Shown piece after piece: positions 53,736-64,000 of a stretch of 64,000 nucleotides of DNA (position 1 is the first letter of the stretch; each line of letters begins with the position of its first letter). The notes beneath the pieces were generated by a model. That model did no database searches, was not told where the DNA came from, and worked only from the letters and a program-made list of their open reading frames with translations. The position numbers were made by a program, and so were the translations under genes. The DNA comes from SAR86 cluster bacterium SAR86A (GTDB lineage Bacteria > Pseudomonadota > Gammaproteobacteria > Magnimaribacterales > D2472), in the NCBI GenBank assembly GCA_000252525.1, contig JH611157.1, positions 253,472 to 317,471 on the forward strand, written 5' to 3'.

Positions 53736-54882
53736 TTTATCTTCTTTAGATATCGCAAATAAAAACCTAGTAATTAGGGTCGACATGAATGTACCTTTGA
53801 AAGATAGTGAGGTTCTTGATGCAACAAGAATAAAAGCCTGTTTGCCTACAATTGAACACGCTCTTAGTAACAATGCAAGAATCTTGTTAATTAGTCATCT
53901 TGGTAGGCCTTCTGAAGGAAATTTTGAGGAAAAATTCTCTTTGCAGCCTGTTGCAGAATATATAAGCAATCTTTTTAATGAAAAATGTGAGCTGATTAAT
54001 TCTCTAGAATCAAAAGATATTTTTAATGGCAAATTTAATGTACAGCTTTTAGAAAATATTAGATTTTTTGAAGGTGAAAAAAGTAATTCCGCAAAGCTTG
54101 GAAAAATATTAGCAAGTCTTGGTGATATTTATGTTTTTGATGCTTTTGGTACTGCACATAGAGAACAGGCATCTACGCACTCAGCAATAGAACAAGCAAA
54201 CATAGCATGCGCAGGCTTTTTGCTAGAGAGAGAAAACAGGAATCTAACGAAAGTCCTAAATAATTATGAAAATCCATATATTGCGGTTATTGGAGGAGCA
54301 AAAGTATCAACCAAGTTAGAATTAATAAAGTCTATTAATAATGAAGCACAAAATATAATTGTTGGTGGAGGTATAGCTAATACTTTTATCAAGGCTGCTG
54401 GATTTAAAATTGGACAGTCACTATATGAAGAATCTATGTTGGACATTGCTAAAAGCATTCTTGAGAAAAATAAAATTGTATTACCCGATAAAGTTATAAC
54501 TTCAGAGACTTTTGAGGGTAAAAATATTCAAAAAAAATCTCTTGATGAGATTGAAGATAATGAAATGATTTTAGATTTACTGCTTAAAGAGGAAACTTAT
54601 TCAATTTTGGATTCTGCTAAAACTATTCTTTGGAATGGTCCAATGGGTGTTTTTGAAAATAAATTATTCGAACAAGGAACAAGAGATTTATCTGAAACAA
54701 TAGCAAAATCTTCAGCATTTTCTATTGCAGGCGGTGGAGAAACACTATCAGCTATTAATAAGTATATTAATACAGATGATGTATCATATTGTTCTACGGG
54801 TGGAGGCGCTTTTTTAGAATTTATGGAAGGTAAGACTCTTCCATCAATAAGTGCTTTAAACGCTAAAAATACGGAGAGATAG
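53728..54882 (+). CDS. pgk: Phosphoglycerate kinase
   Basis: RVDMNVP, SHLGRP, DAFGTAHR, WNGPMG, STGGGA. Confidence 0.97.
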   Translation: MINLSSLDIANKNLVIRVDMNVPLKDSEVLDATRIKACLPTIEHALSNNARILLISHLGRPSEGNFEEKFSLQPVAEYISNLFNEKCELINSLESKDIFNGKFNVQLLENIRFFEGEKSNSAKLGKILASLGDIYVFDAFGTAHREQASTHSAIEQANIACAGFLLERENRNLTKVLNNYENPYIAVIGGAKVSTKLELIKSINNEAQNIIVGGGIANTFIKAAGFKIGQSLYEESMLDIAKSILEKNKIVLPDKVITSETFEGKNIQKKSLDEIEDNEMILDLLLKEETYSILDSAKTILWNGPMGVFENKLFEQGTRDLSETIAKSSAFSIAGGGETLSAINKYINTDDVSYCSTGGGAFLEFMEGKTLPSISALNAKNTER

Positions 54883-54883
54883 A

Positions 54884-55891
54884 ATGACACTAGAAGAAAT
54901 AGCAACCTACATAGTTTCAGATGGCAAAGGTATTTTGGCAGCTGATGAAAGTAATCCAACTTGTGGTAAAAGATTTGATTCAATTGGTGTTGAGTCCACT
55001 GAAGAAAATAGAAGAGATTATAGAGAAATGCTGTTTAGATCTGAGGGTATGAATGGAAATATTGGTGGAGTAATTTTGTTTGATGAAACAATTAGACAGT
55101 CTGCTTCAGATGGAACTCTATTAAGAGATTTAATATCGGATCAGGGTGCACTTCCAGGCATAAAAGTAGATAAAGGACTTCAACCAATAGAAGACTGTCC
55201 AGGCGAAACCGTTACAGTTGGATTAGATGGCTTAGATGACAGATTAAAAGAATATACTGAAATGGGTGCAAAATTTACTAAATGGAGAGCAGTTATAAAA
55301 ATTGGAGATGGAATTCCCACAGATGAATGTATTGACGCAAATATGGATGCTCTAGCTCAATATGCTAAATCTGCTCAAAACAACGGCATGGTACCAATTG
55401 TTGAACCAGAAGTTTTGATGGATGGAGATCATTCTATAGATGATTGCTATGATGCTACAGAAAGATCATTGAAATCACTTTTCAAACATTTAGAAAAATA
55501 TGAAGTAAATATAAAAGGAACTCTTCTGAAACCAAATATGGTAACGTCTGGTTCAGAACATGAAGTTCAGGCTGGTATTGACGAAGTAGCAAATAAAACC
55601 ATTGAATGTCTGGTAAAAAATGTTCCTCAAGATTTACCAGGAGTAGCATTTTTATCAGGTGGACAGTCTGATGTTTTAGCAACAGCTCATCTTGACGCAA
55701 TGAATAAGATAGGAGGATTTTCATGGAAACTAAGCTTTTCTTATGGCAGAGCTCTTCAAGCAGCTGCACTGAAGGCATGGGGTGGCAAGCCAGAAAATGT
55801 TTTTATAGCACAAGACGAACTCTCCCACAGAGCAGAGATGAATAAGTTAGCATCTCTAGGTCAATGGGAAAAAGATCTTGAAGAAAGATAA
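54884..55891 (+). CDS. Fructose-bisphosphate aldolase class I
   Basis: GKGILAADES, GIKVDKG, KWRAV, PIVEPEV, LKPNM, FLSGGQ, SYGRALQ. Confidence 0.95.
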   Translation: MTLEEIATYIVSDGKGILAADESNPTCGKRFDSIGVESTEENRRDYREMLFRSEGMNGNIGGVILFDETIRQSASDGTLLRDLISDQGALPGIKVDKGLQPIEDCPGETVTVGLDGLDDRLKEYTEMGAKFTKWRAVIKIGDGIPTDECIDANMDALAQYAKSAQNNGMVPIVEPEVLMDGDHSIDDCYDATERSLKSLFKHLEKYEVNIKGTLLKPNMVTSGSEHEVQAGIDEVANKTIECLVKNVPQDLPGVAFLSGGQSDVLATAHLDAMNKIGGFSWKLSFSYGRALQAAALKAWGGKPENVFIAQDELSHRAEMNKLASLGQWEKDLEER

Positions 55892-55894
55892 AAC

Positions 55895-56332
55895 TTGTTA
55901 GCTACCGTTCAAAGAGTATCTGAAGCTTCTGTAATCATTAATGACTTAGAATTTTCTTCAATCAAAAAAGGGGTTTTAATTTTTGTATGTGTTGAACAAC
56001 ACGATACTTCTCAAATTGTTAAAGAAATGATTAACAAAATTTATAACTTTAAAATGTTAGATGGATCAAAAGGAATAACTTCATCTTCTTTAAAAAATCA
56101 GAATGAAGATATATTAATAGTTAGTCAATTTACACTTGCTGCAATAACAAATAGAGGCAACAAACCAAGCTTTCATAAAGCTGCAAAGCCTGAAGATGCA
56201 AAATTGTTGTATGATGAATTTGTAACTGAATTTAAAAAAGTTTCTGATAAAGTTTCAGAGGGAAAATTTGGTGCTTTTATGGAAATAATGATTAAAAATT
56301 CAGGACCAGTAACGTTTAATTTTAGTATTTAA
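55895..56332 (+). CDS. dtd: D-aminoacyl-tRNA deacylase
   Basis: QRVSEA, SQFTL, FGAFM, NSGPVT. Confidence 0.94.
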   Translation: MLATVQRVSEASVIINDLEFSSIKKGVLIFVCVEQHDTSQIVKEMINKIYNFKMLDGSKGITSSSLKNQNEDILIVSQFTLAAITNRGNKPSFHKAAKPEDAKLLYDEFVTEFKKVSDKVSEGKFGAFMEIMIKNSGPVTFNFSI

Positions 56333-56338
56333 ATTATT

Positions 56339-56920
56339 ATGAAGAATATCTCTATATTTTGTGGAGCGCATAAGGGAAAAAATCCAAAATATGCAGAAGA
56401 AGCAAAACTTGTTGCAAAATTTATTGCTAAGAAAGGAATTAATGTTGTTTTTGGGGGAGGCAATGTAGGTCTTATGAAGATAATTTCTGATACTGCCCTA
56501 GACAATGGAGTTGAAGTTTTAGGAATTTCATTAAAGTCACTTCATGCACTTGAATTAGCAAATCCTAGACTTAAAGAAATTGTTGTTGCTGATACTTTGC
56601 TTGATAGGAAAGATGAATTCATGGCTAGATCTGATGCTTTTATAGTTTTGCCGGGTGGTGTTGGATCACTCGACGAATTAGCAGAAATTATGGCAAGCAA
56701 TCAACTAGGAATAATTAATAAACCAGTGGGAATATTAAATACTGATGGTTATTATGATTATTTATTAAAGTGGTTTGACAAAGCTGTTAGCGAAGGATTT
56801 ATATCATCTGCTAATTTAAAAGAATTGCTTATTTCAGATTCGCCAGAAGAATTGGTTGAAATGGTATCTAGTCATAAGAGACCATCTGACGACGATTGGA
56901 CTAACAGACTGGGATTGTAG
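56339..56920 (+). CDS. LOG-family nucleotide phosphoribohydrolase
   Basis: IFCG, GGGNVGLM, RK, LPGGVGSLDE. Confidence 0.88.
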   Translation: MKNISIFCGAHKGKNPKYAEEAKLVAKFIAKKGINVVFGGGNVGLMKIISDTALDNGVEVLGISLKSLHALELANPRLKEIVVADTLLDRKDEFMARSDAFIVLPGGVGSLDELAEIMASNQLGIINKPVGILNTDGYYDYLLKWFDKAVSEGFISSANLKELLISDSPEELVEMVSSHKRPSDDDWTNRLGL

Positions 56921-56923
56921 GCT

Positions 56924-57517
56924 TTGTCTTTTGAAGAGATACGTGTAATAACAATAGTCTACATTGCAGTTTTTTTACCCCTAATAATACTTTTTTTAAA
57001 AAAAACAAAACTTCCAGACTGGATCCCAACCTTATATATAGTTGGAATAGTAATTTGTGCATTAGGCTGGGAGTTATGGTTTACATATGGTTGGTTAGAT
57101 GGAGATGCTGTAGATATTAGAAGATCCGAGGGGTTAAATTTTTGGCTACCAAAAGATCTAAACTGGCTCATGAATTCAATGGGTGATGCTGGTACTGTCC
57201 TCTTAGGCGGTATTTGGTTAATGTGGATAACTCATAACAAAAACATATTGATTTTTAAACAATGGAAATGGAGTGCATTTTTTGTTTTATTGTTATGGTG
57301 CGTAAGCCAGAACATTTTTGTAGAAATGTTTTTGTACCATGACCAGTTGTCTGAAGGTAAGACACTATCATGGGCACCTCTTTCTCCTTTTGGCCCATAC
57401 TTTAATCCAACTTTATTTGAATTCAATGAAAGGACTATCATGCTTCAAACCCAGATACCTTGGATAGTCCTACCTTGGTTTTTTTATAAAACTGTAATCA
57501 ATTTGAATAAGAATTAG
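56924..57517 (+). CDS. Hypothetical Trp-rich integral membrane protein
   Basis: 197-aa ORF with about five hydrophobic segments, co-oriented and tightly spaced after LOG. Confidence 0.7.
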   Translation: MSFEEIRVITIVYIAVFLPLIILFLKKTKLPDWIPTLYIVGIVICALGWELWFTYGWLDGDAVDIRRSEGLNFWLPKDLNWLMNSMGDAGTVLLGGIWLMWITHNKNILIFKQWKWSAFFVLLLWCVSQNIFVEMFLYHDQLSEGKTLSWAPLSPFGPYFNPTLFEFNERTIMLQTQIPWIVLPWFFYKTVINLNKN

Positions 57518-57532
57518 TAGTTTAAAAATACT

Positions 57533-58261
57533 TTATGTTTTATCTTTTGAAATGATCAAGCCTATTTCGAAGAGTAACCACATTGGTATTGCTAGAAATA
57601 ATTGCGAAAAAACATCCGGAGGAGTTAAAAGCATTCCAACAAAAAGAAAAAATACAATCAAATAAGGTCTAGCACTTTTCATGGATTTTTTAGAAGCTAT
57701 TCCACTTCTTATTAAGAGCAGAGTAGCTATGGGAATCTCAAAAGCAATTCCAAAAGCAAAAACAAGTTTAAATACAAAACTGAGATATTGATTAATATCA
57801 GTCATTATTAGAATAGACTCGGGTGCCATTTCTATAAAAAATTTAAAGACTATTGGACAAACTATAAAAAAAGCAAAACTTATTCCAGAAAAAAACAAAA
57901 TAACTGTTGATATCATTAATGGAGCTGCAAAACCTTTCTCACTATCTAAAAGCCCAGGTGACATGTACATCCAGATTTGATAAAAAAGCCATGGCATTGA
58001 GAAAACTAAGGCAATGTAAATAACCAGCTTTATGGGAGCCATGAACGGTGAGGCAACTTCTGTTGCTATCATTGATGAACCAACTGGCATTAATTCTATA
58101 AGAGGAGTTGATACAAACGAATAAATTTGAGTGGCAAATGGCATACCAGCTATAGAAAATATTATAAAAAGATAAATTACTTTAAGTAATCTAGATCGTA
58201 GTTCTAATAAATGACTTGAGATAGAATTTTCACTCATCTTTCGATTGATTATTTTGGTCAA
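57533..58261 (-). CDS. tatC: Twin-arginine translocase TatC; likely start 58237
   Basis: HLLELRSR, FGIAFEIP, LTPPD. Confidence 0.95.
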   Translation of the reverse strand: MTKIINRKMSENSISSHLLELRSRLLKVIYLFIIFSIAGMPFATQIYSFVSTPLIELMPVGSSMIATEVASPFMAPIKLVIYIALVFSMPWLFYQIWMYMSPGLLDSEKGFAAPLMISTVILFFSGISFAFFIVCPIVFKFFIEMAPESILIMTDINQYLSFVFKLVFAFGIAFEIPIATLLLIRSGIASKKSMKSARPYLIVFFLFVGMLLTPPDVFSQLFLAIPMWLLFEIGLIISKDKT

Positions 58262-58475
58262 GCTCTTCCATCCTTAATTCATTAAAGACGTCTTTTTTTA
58301 ACTCTTCACTTCCAATGTCTGCTTCAAAATCACTTTTAAAGTTATTGAATTTAATCTCTAGCTTTTTATAAAGCTTAATAATTTTTTTTACTAGATCTGG
58401 AAGCTTATTAGGCCCAATAACAATTAGGCCAATTACAAAAATGATAAGAATTTCAAGGAAGCCTATTTGAAACAA
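58230..58475 (-). CDS. tatB: Twin-arginine translocase TatB (short)
   Basis: MFQIGFLEILII...IGPNKLP. Confidence 0.88.
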   Translation of the reverse strand: MFQIGFLEILIIFVIGLIVIGPNKLPDLVKKIIKLYKKLEIKFNNFKSDFEADIGSEELKKDVFNELRMEELDQNNQSKDE

Positions 58476-58477
58476 TT

Positions 58478-58642
58478 TTATTCTTCTTTTTCTTCAGTAT
58501 CTTCTTTAACAGCTTTTTTAAAGCCTTTTATGCTTGAACCTAAATCCGATCCGATAGACTTTAATTTTCCACTTCCGAAGATTAGCAAAACAACAACTAA
58601 AATAATTAATAATTGCCAAATACTTATACCACCAAAGCCCAT
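58478..58642 (-). CDS. tatA: Twin-arginine translocase TatA
   Basis: Hand translation [54 protein letters not shown]; not in the ORF track. Confidence 0.95.
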   Translation of the reverse strand: MGFGGISIWQLLIILVVVLLIFGSGKLKSIGSDLGSSIKGFKKAVKEDTEEKEE

Positions 58643-58650
58643 ATTTACTC

Positions 58651-60132
58651 CTATGAAACTATAAAAATAATAGTAATAGATACTATTATAGCAACTGCAA
58701 TTGCTCTATTGATGTATTTTTGTTTTGAAAGTTGATTTTCGAGTTCGATAATTCTTTGATTGCTAGCATTTTTATTTTTTGAAAAGCTCCTTATTTCATC
58801 TATAGCCTCAAATACTACCGAAGGGATTTCAGACGCTTTAATTAAAATGTCTTCTTTATTCTCAATTATGTAATTTTTAAGTTTAATTGGGCTAACTTGT
58901 TCTGCTAGCCAGTTATCTAAATATGGTTCTGCAATTCCCCAAAAATCTAAATCAGGGTATATCTGTCTACCCATGCCTTCAATGTGTATTAAAGTTTTTT
59001 GAAGAAGAACAAGTGAGGTCTGAAGTGATAACCCATATTGTCTTGTGCTCTGAAATAGATACAAAAGCAATTTTCCAAATTCGATTTCAGAAAGGGGTTT
59101 TTCAAATATTGGTTCGCAGCATGCTCTAAGAGTATTCTCAAGCTCAATATTATTTGTATTTGCATTTACCCAGCCAGAATTGATAAATAGATTTGCAAGA
59201 GATTTATAGTTTTGCTTGAGAACAGCTTGAAGCATTCTTGCAAGAGTATATCTTTCATCATTTGATAGTGATCCTGTAATGGCACAATCAACTGCAATGT
59301 ATCCAGGTTTTTCAGGGTTTTCTTTTGAAACAAAAATATTTCCAGGATGCATATCTGCATGAAAAAAATTATCTCGAAAAACTTGATTTAAAAAGATCAT
59401 AACACCATTTTCAGCTAGAGTTTTTTTATCTATTCCATATGATTCAATCTGATCAATATCAGTACAAGGTATTCCATCAATCTTTTCAAGCACCATTACA
59501 TTTGATGTAGTTAGATCCCAATACACCTCAGGAATATAAAGCTCTTCTGAATCTAAAAAGTTTTTTCTTGTTAAGTTTGTATTTGATGCTTCTAACTTAA
59601 GGTCTAATTCTTTTAAAATTGTTGATTCATAGTCTTTAACAACTTCATTTGGTTTTAATCTGTAACTCTCTTTATAAACATACGAAAAAATTTTTGCTGC
59701 TGATTTCAAAAGCCTGAGATTTTTTTTGACTTTCCTTTCAATGTTTGGTCTGAGAACTTTAATTACAACATCCTGACCGGTCTTAAGTCGAGCTGAATGA
59801 ACTTGTGCTAAAGAGGCGGCTGCCAAGGGTTCGTCATCAAAATATTCAAAAATATTTTCAATTTTATCATTGAGCTCTTTTTCGATTATTTTTTTAAGCT
59901 GAGAAACATTAAATGGTTTACAACTATCAGTAAGGCTCTCGAGTTCTTTAGCAGTTTCATAGTCTAGCACATCGGTTCTGGTTGAAAGCAGTTGACCAAA
60001 CTTTGTAAAAATAGGACCTAGAGACTCAAGATACGAAGATAATTTTTTGCCATTTGGATTTATAAAAATGCCCTTTTGTATACCTATGAAAAACATTTTT
60101 AATAATTCATATATAACAATAATAATGTTCAT
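58651..60132 (-). CDS. ubiB: Ubiquinone biosynthesis atypical kinase UbiB
   Basis: [41 protein letters not shown]. Confidence 0.95.
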   Translation of the reverse strand: MNIIIVIYELLKMFFIGIQKGIFINPNGKKLSSYLESLGPIFTKFGQLLSTRTDVLDYETAKELESLTDSCKPFNVSQLKKIIEKELNDKIENIFEYFDDEPLAAASLAQVHSARLKTGQDVVIKVLRPNIERKVKKNLRLLKSAAKIFSYVYKESYRLKPNEVVKDYESTILKELDLKLEASNTNLTRKNFLDSEELYIPEVYWDLTTSNVMVLEKIDGIPCTDIDQIESYGIDKKTLAENGVMIFLNQVFRDNFFHADMHPGNIFVSKENPEKPGYIAVDCAITGSLSNDERYTLARMLQAVLKQNYKSLANLFINSGWVNANTNNIELENTLRACCEPIFEKPLSEIEFGKLLLYLFQSTRQYGLSLQTSLVLLQKTLIHIEGMGRQIYPDLDFWGIAEPYLDNWLAEQVSPIKLKNYIIENKEDILIKASEIPSVVFEAIDEIRSFSKNKNASNQRIIELENQLSKQKYINRAIAVAIIVSITIIFIVS

Positions 60133-60641
60133 ATGTCTCTCATTGCCTCAAGCCTATCCATTCTAATAGACAATTTTCTCAGCCTGTTTCTAATTTTCCT
60201 TTCTTCTTTATTCTGATGAGTTCTTTCATGATTAAAAATTATATTTAAAGCTTCTTTTGTCATGAGTGCAGGAATATCACCAAAATTCTTGTTGATTAAA
60301 TACAATATATCAATATCTAATTTAATTACTGCGTTAAAGAAAACTACAGCAAGCTCAGCATCACCTGTAATTAATTGTTTGTGTAATTTTCTAGTCGAAA
60401 GTGTTTTTATAAAATCTTTTATAGATCCTTTAATTTCAAATTGAGATGTGTTTTCCTCTTCAAAACCAATACTCGAAGCCTGATGATCCAATGAAATAAA
60501 AATTTTTTTGAAGCCCTCAATATTAATTGTAAATGTTATTGGATAAATCTCGGAAAGAGAGCTTGTGAAATTGGGAGAAGATTCCTCCAAATCACTTAGG
60601 AGCTTCAAAAGCGCATCATCTAAATTAATCATGATATCCAA
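60129..60641 (-). CDS. ubiJ: UbiJ-like SCP2-domain accessory protein (divergent)
   Basis: Lies between ubiE and ubiB; ITGDAELA, FGD, C-terminal RMDRLEA coiled coil. Confidence 0.7.
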   Translation of the reverse strand: MDIMINLDDALLKLLSDLEESSPNFTSSLSEIYPITFTINIEGFKKIFISLDHQASSIGFEEENTSQFEIKGSIKDFIKTLSTRKLHKQLITGDAELAVVFFNAVIKLDIDILYLINKNFGDIPALMTKEALNIIFNHERTHQNKEERKIRNRLRKLSIRMDRLEAMRDI

Positions 60642-61365
60642 TATGAATAGCTACAACACCATTTAGCAGGTTATGAAATCTGCATTCATTAAAACCAGCC
60701 GATTCCATCATCTGTTTTAATCTCTCTTGATCTGGATGCATTCTTATTGATTCTGCTAAATACTTATAACTATCAGAGTCATTTGCAAGCATTGATCCTA
60801 ATCTTGGTAGAATGTTAAATGAATACCAGTCATATAATTTAGAAAAAATTGGATTCATTGGTTTTGAAAATTCAAGTATCAAAAGTTTTCCATTTTTTTT
60901 AAGACATCGTCGCATTTCTTTTAATCCATACTCCTTGTTTGTGAAATTTCTTAAACCAAATCCAACTGTAATTAAATCAAACGTGTTGTCTTTAAAAGGT
61001 AGAGTTTCACCACTTAGCTGACAAAAATAGCAATTATCGTCAAAACTTTCATCAATAGCTCTGTTTCTGCCTTCATCTAACATTTCATAATTTATATCAC
61101 TCATAAAAACTTTAGTATTCGGATACTCTTTTGAGATTAATTTTGAAATATCACCTGTACCACTTGCCACATCTAAAATGACATCTTTTTCGCCTACTGA
61201 TGCCAATTCAACTAAGATTTTTTTCCACAGCCTATGCATACCAAATGACATTGCGTCATTCATAACATCATAATTTTTTGCTACAGATGTAAAAACATCT
61301 CCAACAAATTTACTTTTGTCAGCTTCATCTACTTCCTGAAAACCGAAATGAGTTTTTTTGTTCAT
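60625..61365 (-). CDS. ubiE: Ubiquinone/menaquinone C-methyltransferase UbiE
   Basis: THFGF, YDVMND.MSFGMHRLWK, LDVASGTGD, YLAESIR. Confidence 0.97.
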   Translation of the reverse strand: MNKKTHFGFQEVDEADKSKFVGDVFTSVAKNYDVMNDAMSFGMHRLWKKILVELASVGEKDVILDVASGTGDISKLISKEYPNTKVFMSDINYEMLDEGRNRAIDESFDDNCYFCQLSGETLPFKDNTFDLITVGFGLRNFTNKEYGLKEMRRCLKKNGKLLILEFSKPMNPIFSKLYDWYSFNILPRLGSMLANDSDSYKYLAESIRMHPDQERLKQMMESAGFNECRFHNLLNGVVAIHIGYHD

Positions 61366-62243
61366 TATTTGATATTTAAAAATTTAATAAAATTATTGTA
61401 TCTACTTTCATTAATTTCATCATTTAACAATTTTTTTGTTATGTTGCATCCTTCGTTATCTATATGGTTGCAGTTGTTAAATTTGCAATACTTAGAGGCA
61501 TTATGTATTTCTTCGAATCCATTGATAATCTCTCTTTCAGAATAATTTTCAATTGCAATATCTCGCATACCAGGTGAGTCAATAATTTTAATATTTGAAT
61601 CTATTTCATATAAAGAAGATACCGAGGTTGTATGAACGCCTTGATCATTAGATAGTGAGCTTATTTTTAAATTCTTACCAATAATCTTTGATGTAAGTGT
61701 AGATTTACCAGCGCCTGAGTTTCCAACAAATAGGACACATTTATCCGTCAAGAATTCTTTTAATTCAGAAATATTTTTATCGTATTTTGCAGAAGTATCT
61801 ATGATTTTTATATTTATGTTCTTATAAATGTCTAATTTTTCTAAATAATTTTTTTCTTGTTTCATATCAACCTTGTTATTAATCAAAAAAGGTTTGATAT
61901 TGGAAGCATTCGCTTTAACCAACCATTTATCAATGAATTCTGAACTTGTTTTAGGAATTTGAGTGACTAGTATTCCTACATGAGAAATATTTGCTGCAAA
62001 TAATTTGTTCTGATTTTTTATTCTCTTAGATATTTTAGAATCTCTTTGATTAACTTTTATAATTTTTCCTAGAGGTTTTTTGCTGTCTTGAATTATTTCA
62101 ACTTCTACGAAGTCACCTACCACAACATTTTTGATAGCTACACAATCAAATTTGCCGAATTTTGTTTTAACTAAACAGCTATTTGAATAAAACTCAATGA
62201 CCTGTCCAGTTTGAACTTTTTGCATAATAGGAACAAAATACAC
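61365..62243 (-). CDS. rsgA: Ribosome small subunit-dependent GTPase RsgA; likely start 62225
   Basis: Circularly permuted GTPase: NKVD, GNSGAGKST, GVHTT, DSPG, CKFNNCNH...C. Confidence 0.93.
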   Translation of the reverse strand: MYFVPIMQKVQTGQVIEFYSNSCLVKTKFGKFDCVAIKNVVVGDFVEVEIIQDSKKPLGKIIKVNQRDSKISKRIKNQNKLFAANISHVGILVTQIPKTSSEFIDKWLVKANASNIKPFLINNKVDMKQEKNYLEKLDIYKNINIKIIDTSAKYDKNISELKEFLTDKCVLFVGNSGAGKSTLTSKIIGKNLKISSLSNDQGVHTTSVSSLYEIDSNIKIIDSPGMRDIAIENYSEREIINGFEEIHNASKYCKFNNCNHIDNEGCNITKKLLNDEINESRYNNFIKFLNIK

Positions 62244-62266
62244 TAAAGAGACGATTATAAAAAGAC

Positions 62267-62815
62267 ATGAAGACTTTACAATCTAGAGATAATTTAGTTT
62301 GGATCGATTTGGAAATGACGGGTCTTGATCCAGAAAAGGAAAAGATCATTGAGATTGCAACCTTAGTAACGGATTCCGATTTACATATTATTGCTGAGGG
62401 ACCAAACCTTGTTATTTCCCAACCAAATGAAATTTTGGAATCTATGGATGAATGGAATTTAACTCATCATGGTTCATCTGGTTTAATTGAAGAAGTAAAA
62501 AAAAGTGATGTCACAGAACAGATTGCTGAAATCGAAACCCTCGAATTTATATCAAAATATGTGGGAGAGAAAGTTTCTCCAATGTGTGGAAATACTGTTT
62601 CACATGATAGAAGATTTTTATCTAAGTATATGCCAAGGCTAGAATCATACTTTAACTATAGACATATTGATGTCTCATCCTTCAAAGAGACCGCTGTTAG
62701 ATGGATGAATGAAGCTCAGGTGTATGAAAAAAAAGGCTCGCACAGAGCGCTAGGCGACATTAAAGAGTCTGTAGAGGAATTAAAGTTTTATAAGCAATTA
62801 TATATGCCTGATTAA
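62267..62815 (+). CDS. orn: Oligoribonuclease
   Basis: WIDLEMTGL, CGNTV..DRRFL, HRALGDI.ES. Confidence 0.97.
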   Translation: MKTLQSRDNLVWIDLEMTGLDPEKEKIIEIATLVTDSDLHIIAEGPNLVISQPNEILESMDEWNLTHHGSSGLIEEVKKSDVTEQIAEIETLEFISKYVGEKVSPMCGNTVSHDRRFLSKYMPRLESYFNYRHIDVSSFKETAVRWMNEAQVYEKKGSHRALGDIKESVEELKFYKQLYMPD

Positions 62816-62816
62816 T

Positions 62817-63143
62817 TTAGTCTTTTTTGCTAGATGGTTGAATATTTAATGGGAAAGGGCTTATTTTGTCTTTGTTTTCTTTTATTTTTGCTTCACCAGT
62901 TTCATTTACTTCGTCTATTCTAATCACAGAATTTATTGGTATATAGCTTCTTTGAACCTGATCAAATTCATTCTTGAGCTTTTCTGAACTCGGATCCACC
63001 ACTAGCTGTTTATCTTTATTGAAGATATACTCTTCCACCTCAATGAAACCATACATATCACTTTGGTAAATTTGTTTAGCAAAAACTTCATAAATTTCAC
63101 CAAGTTGGATGAAAATTATCTTGTAAACATTTTTTGTTTTCAT
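62817..63143 (-). CDS. DUF1820-like conserved protein
   Basis: YEVFAK.IYQSDMYGFIEVEE, DPSSEKLKNEF, SYIP..SVIRIDEV. Confidence 0.75.
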   Translation of the reverse strand: MKTKNVYKIIFIQLGEIYEVFAKQIYQSDMYGFIEVEEYIFNKDKQLVVDPSSEKLKNEFDQVQRSYIPINSVIRIDEVNETGEAKIKENKDKISPFPLNIQPSSKKD

Positions 63144-63199
63144 GATACTTATTATATGGGATCAAATTTTGAGAATTAAAGTTATTAAAAATAAGGTAA

Positions 63200-64000
63200 A
63201 TGACTAAAAAGCTATTTATAAAAACCCATGGATGTCAGATGAATGAATATGATTCTGCAAAAATGTTTGATCTTCTTGAAGAAAAAGAAGATTTTGAAAT
63301 TGCTGAATCCGAAGATCAGGCAGACCTTTTAATTCTAAATACTTGTTCAATACGAGAAAAAGCTCAAGAAAAGGTCTTTCATCAAATTGGGAGATGGAGA
63401 AAAATCAAAGACAAGAATCCTGATTTAAAAATTGCCATTGGTGGTTGTGTCGCTTCGCAAGAAGGTGAAAACATCATCAAAAGAGCTCCTGCTGTTGATA
63501 TTGTTTTTGGTCCACAAACCTTGCATAAACTTCCAGAGCTATATAAAGAAAAGAATAGAACTGATAACAATCAGGTTGATATTTCATTCCCTAAACTTGA
63601 GAAATTTAACCATTTACCAGTTCAAGGAAAGGGAGAGCCTTCTGCATTTGTTTCTATTATTGAAGGGTGTAATAAATATTGTTCATTTTGTGTAGTTCCA
63701 AAAACAAGGGGACACGAAGTATCAAGAAGCATAGAGGATATTCTGAACGAAGTTTCTATTTTGGCAGATAAGGGAACTAGAGAAATACATCTACTTGGGC
63801 AAAATGTTAATAATTTTAAGGGTACCCTAAATGGAGAAAAATCAACTTTGTCAAAGTTAATTGAGCTTACAGCGAAAATTGAAAATATTGATAGAATTAG
63901 GTTCACAACAAGCCACCCTCATGAATTTAAGGATGATCTTGTTGAAGTTTATGATAGAGTTCCTGAGCTCGTTAGTCATGTGCATCTTCCTGTACAAAGT
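63200..64000 (+). CDS. miaB: tRNA-2-methylthio-N6-dimethylallyladenosine synthase MiaB (runs off the window)
   Basis: Hand translation [19 protein letters not shown]...[10 protein letters not shown]...GGCVASQEG...[13 protein letters not shown] (radical SAM CxxxCxxC). Confidence 0.96.
   Translation, partial: MTKKLFIKTHGCQMNEYDSAKMFDLLEEKEDFEIAESEDQADLLILNTCSIREKAQEKVFHQIGRWRKIKDKNPDLKIAIGGCVASQEGENIIKRAPAVDIVFGPQTLHKLPELYKEKNRTDNNQVDISFPKLEKFNHLPVQGKGEPSAFVSIIEGCNKYCSFCVVPKTRGHEVSRSIEDILNEVSILADKGTREIHLLGQNVNNFKGTLNGEKSTLSKLIELTAKIENIDRIRFTTSHPHEFKDDLVEVYDRVPELVSHVHLPVQS

Noticed and set aside
62596-62611. TGTTTCACATGATAGA in orn, resembling parS
   Set aside because: Three mismatches to consensus, and explained by the conserved Orn coding sequence.

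Overview
AT-rich, gene-dense chromosomal window from a streamlined Gammaproteobacterium. Gene content and order suggest a marine SAR86-like lineage, which is an inference. The window spans the replication-origin region (parB-parA-rsmG-mnmG-[oriC]-mnmE-yidC-rnpA-rpmH / dnaA-dnaN-recF-gyrB) and continues through core genes: plsC, glyQS, lpxL, trkHA, fmt/def, purE-tsaC-hemF-aroE, a complete aa3/caa3 cytochrome c oxidase cluster, gshA, pckA, dsbB, polA, engB, cytochrome c4-dsbA, xerC-dapF-lysA, ahcY-metK, tkt-pgk-fba, tatABC, ubiE-ubiJ-ubiB, rsgA, orn and miaB. I found no rRNA, tRNA, CRISPR array, phage or IS element. Five genes missing from the ORF track were recovered by hand: parB, rpmH, tatA, miaB and a 26-aa lptM. 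The most notable observations are: (1) a chimeric protein with a cytochrome-c5-type N-terminus but a blue-copper pseudoazurin domain instead of haem c; (2) a sharp, local strand-composition flip of inverted polarity centred on a GATC-free oriC with E. coli-like layout; (3) a long hairpin with C-rich unpaired segments plus an RccR/HexR-like palindrome upstream of pckA; (4) a Coq4-motif protein in a three-gene insert; (5) a minimal LptM with a 9-residue mature peptide; (6) non-canonical versions of core enzymes (short GyrB, alpha2-type GlyRS, class I aldolase).
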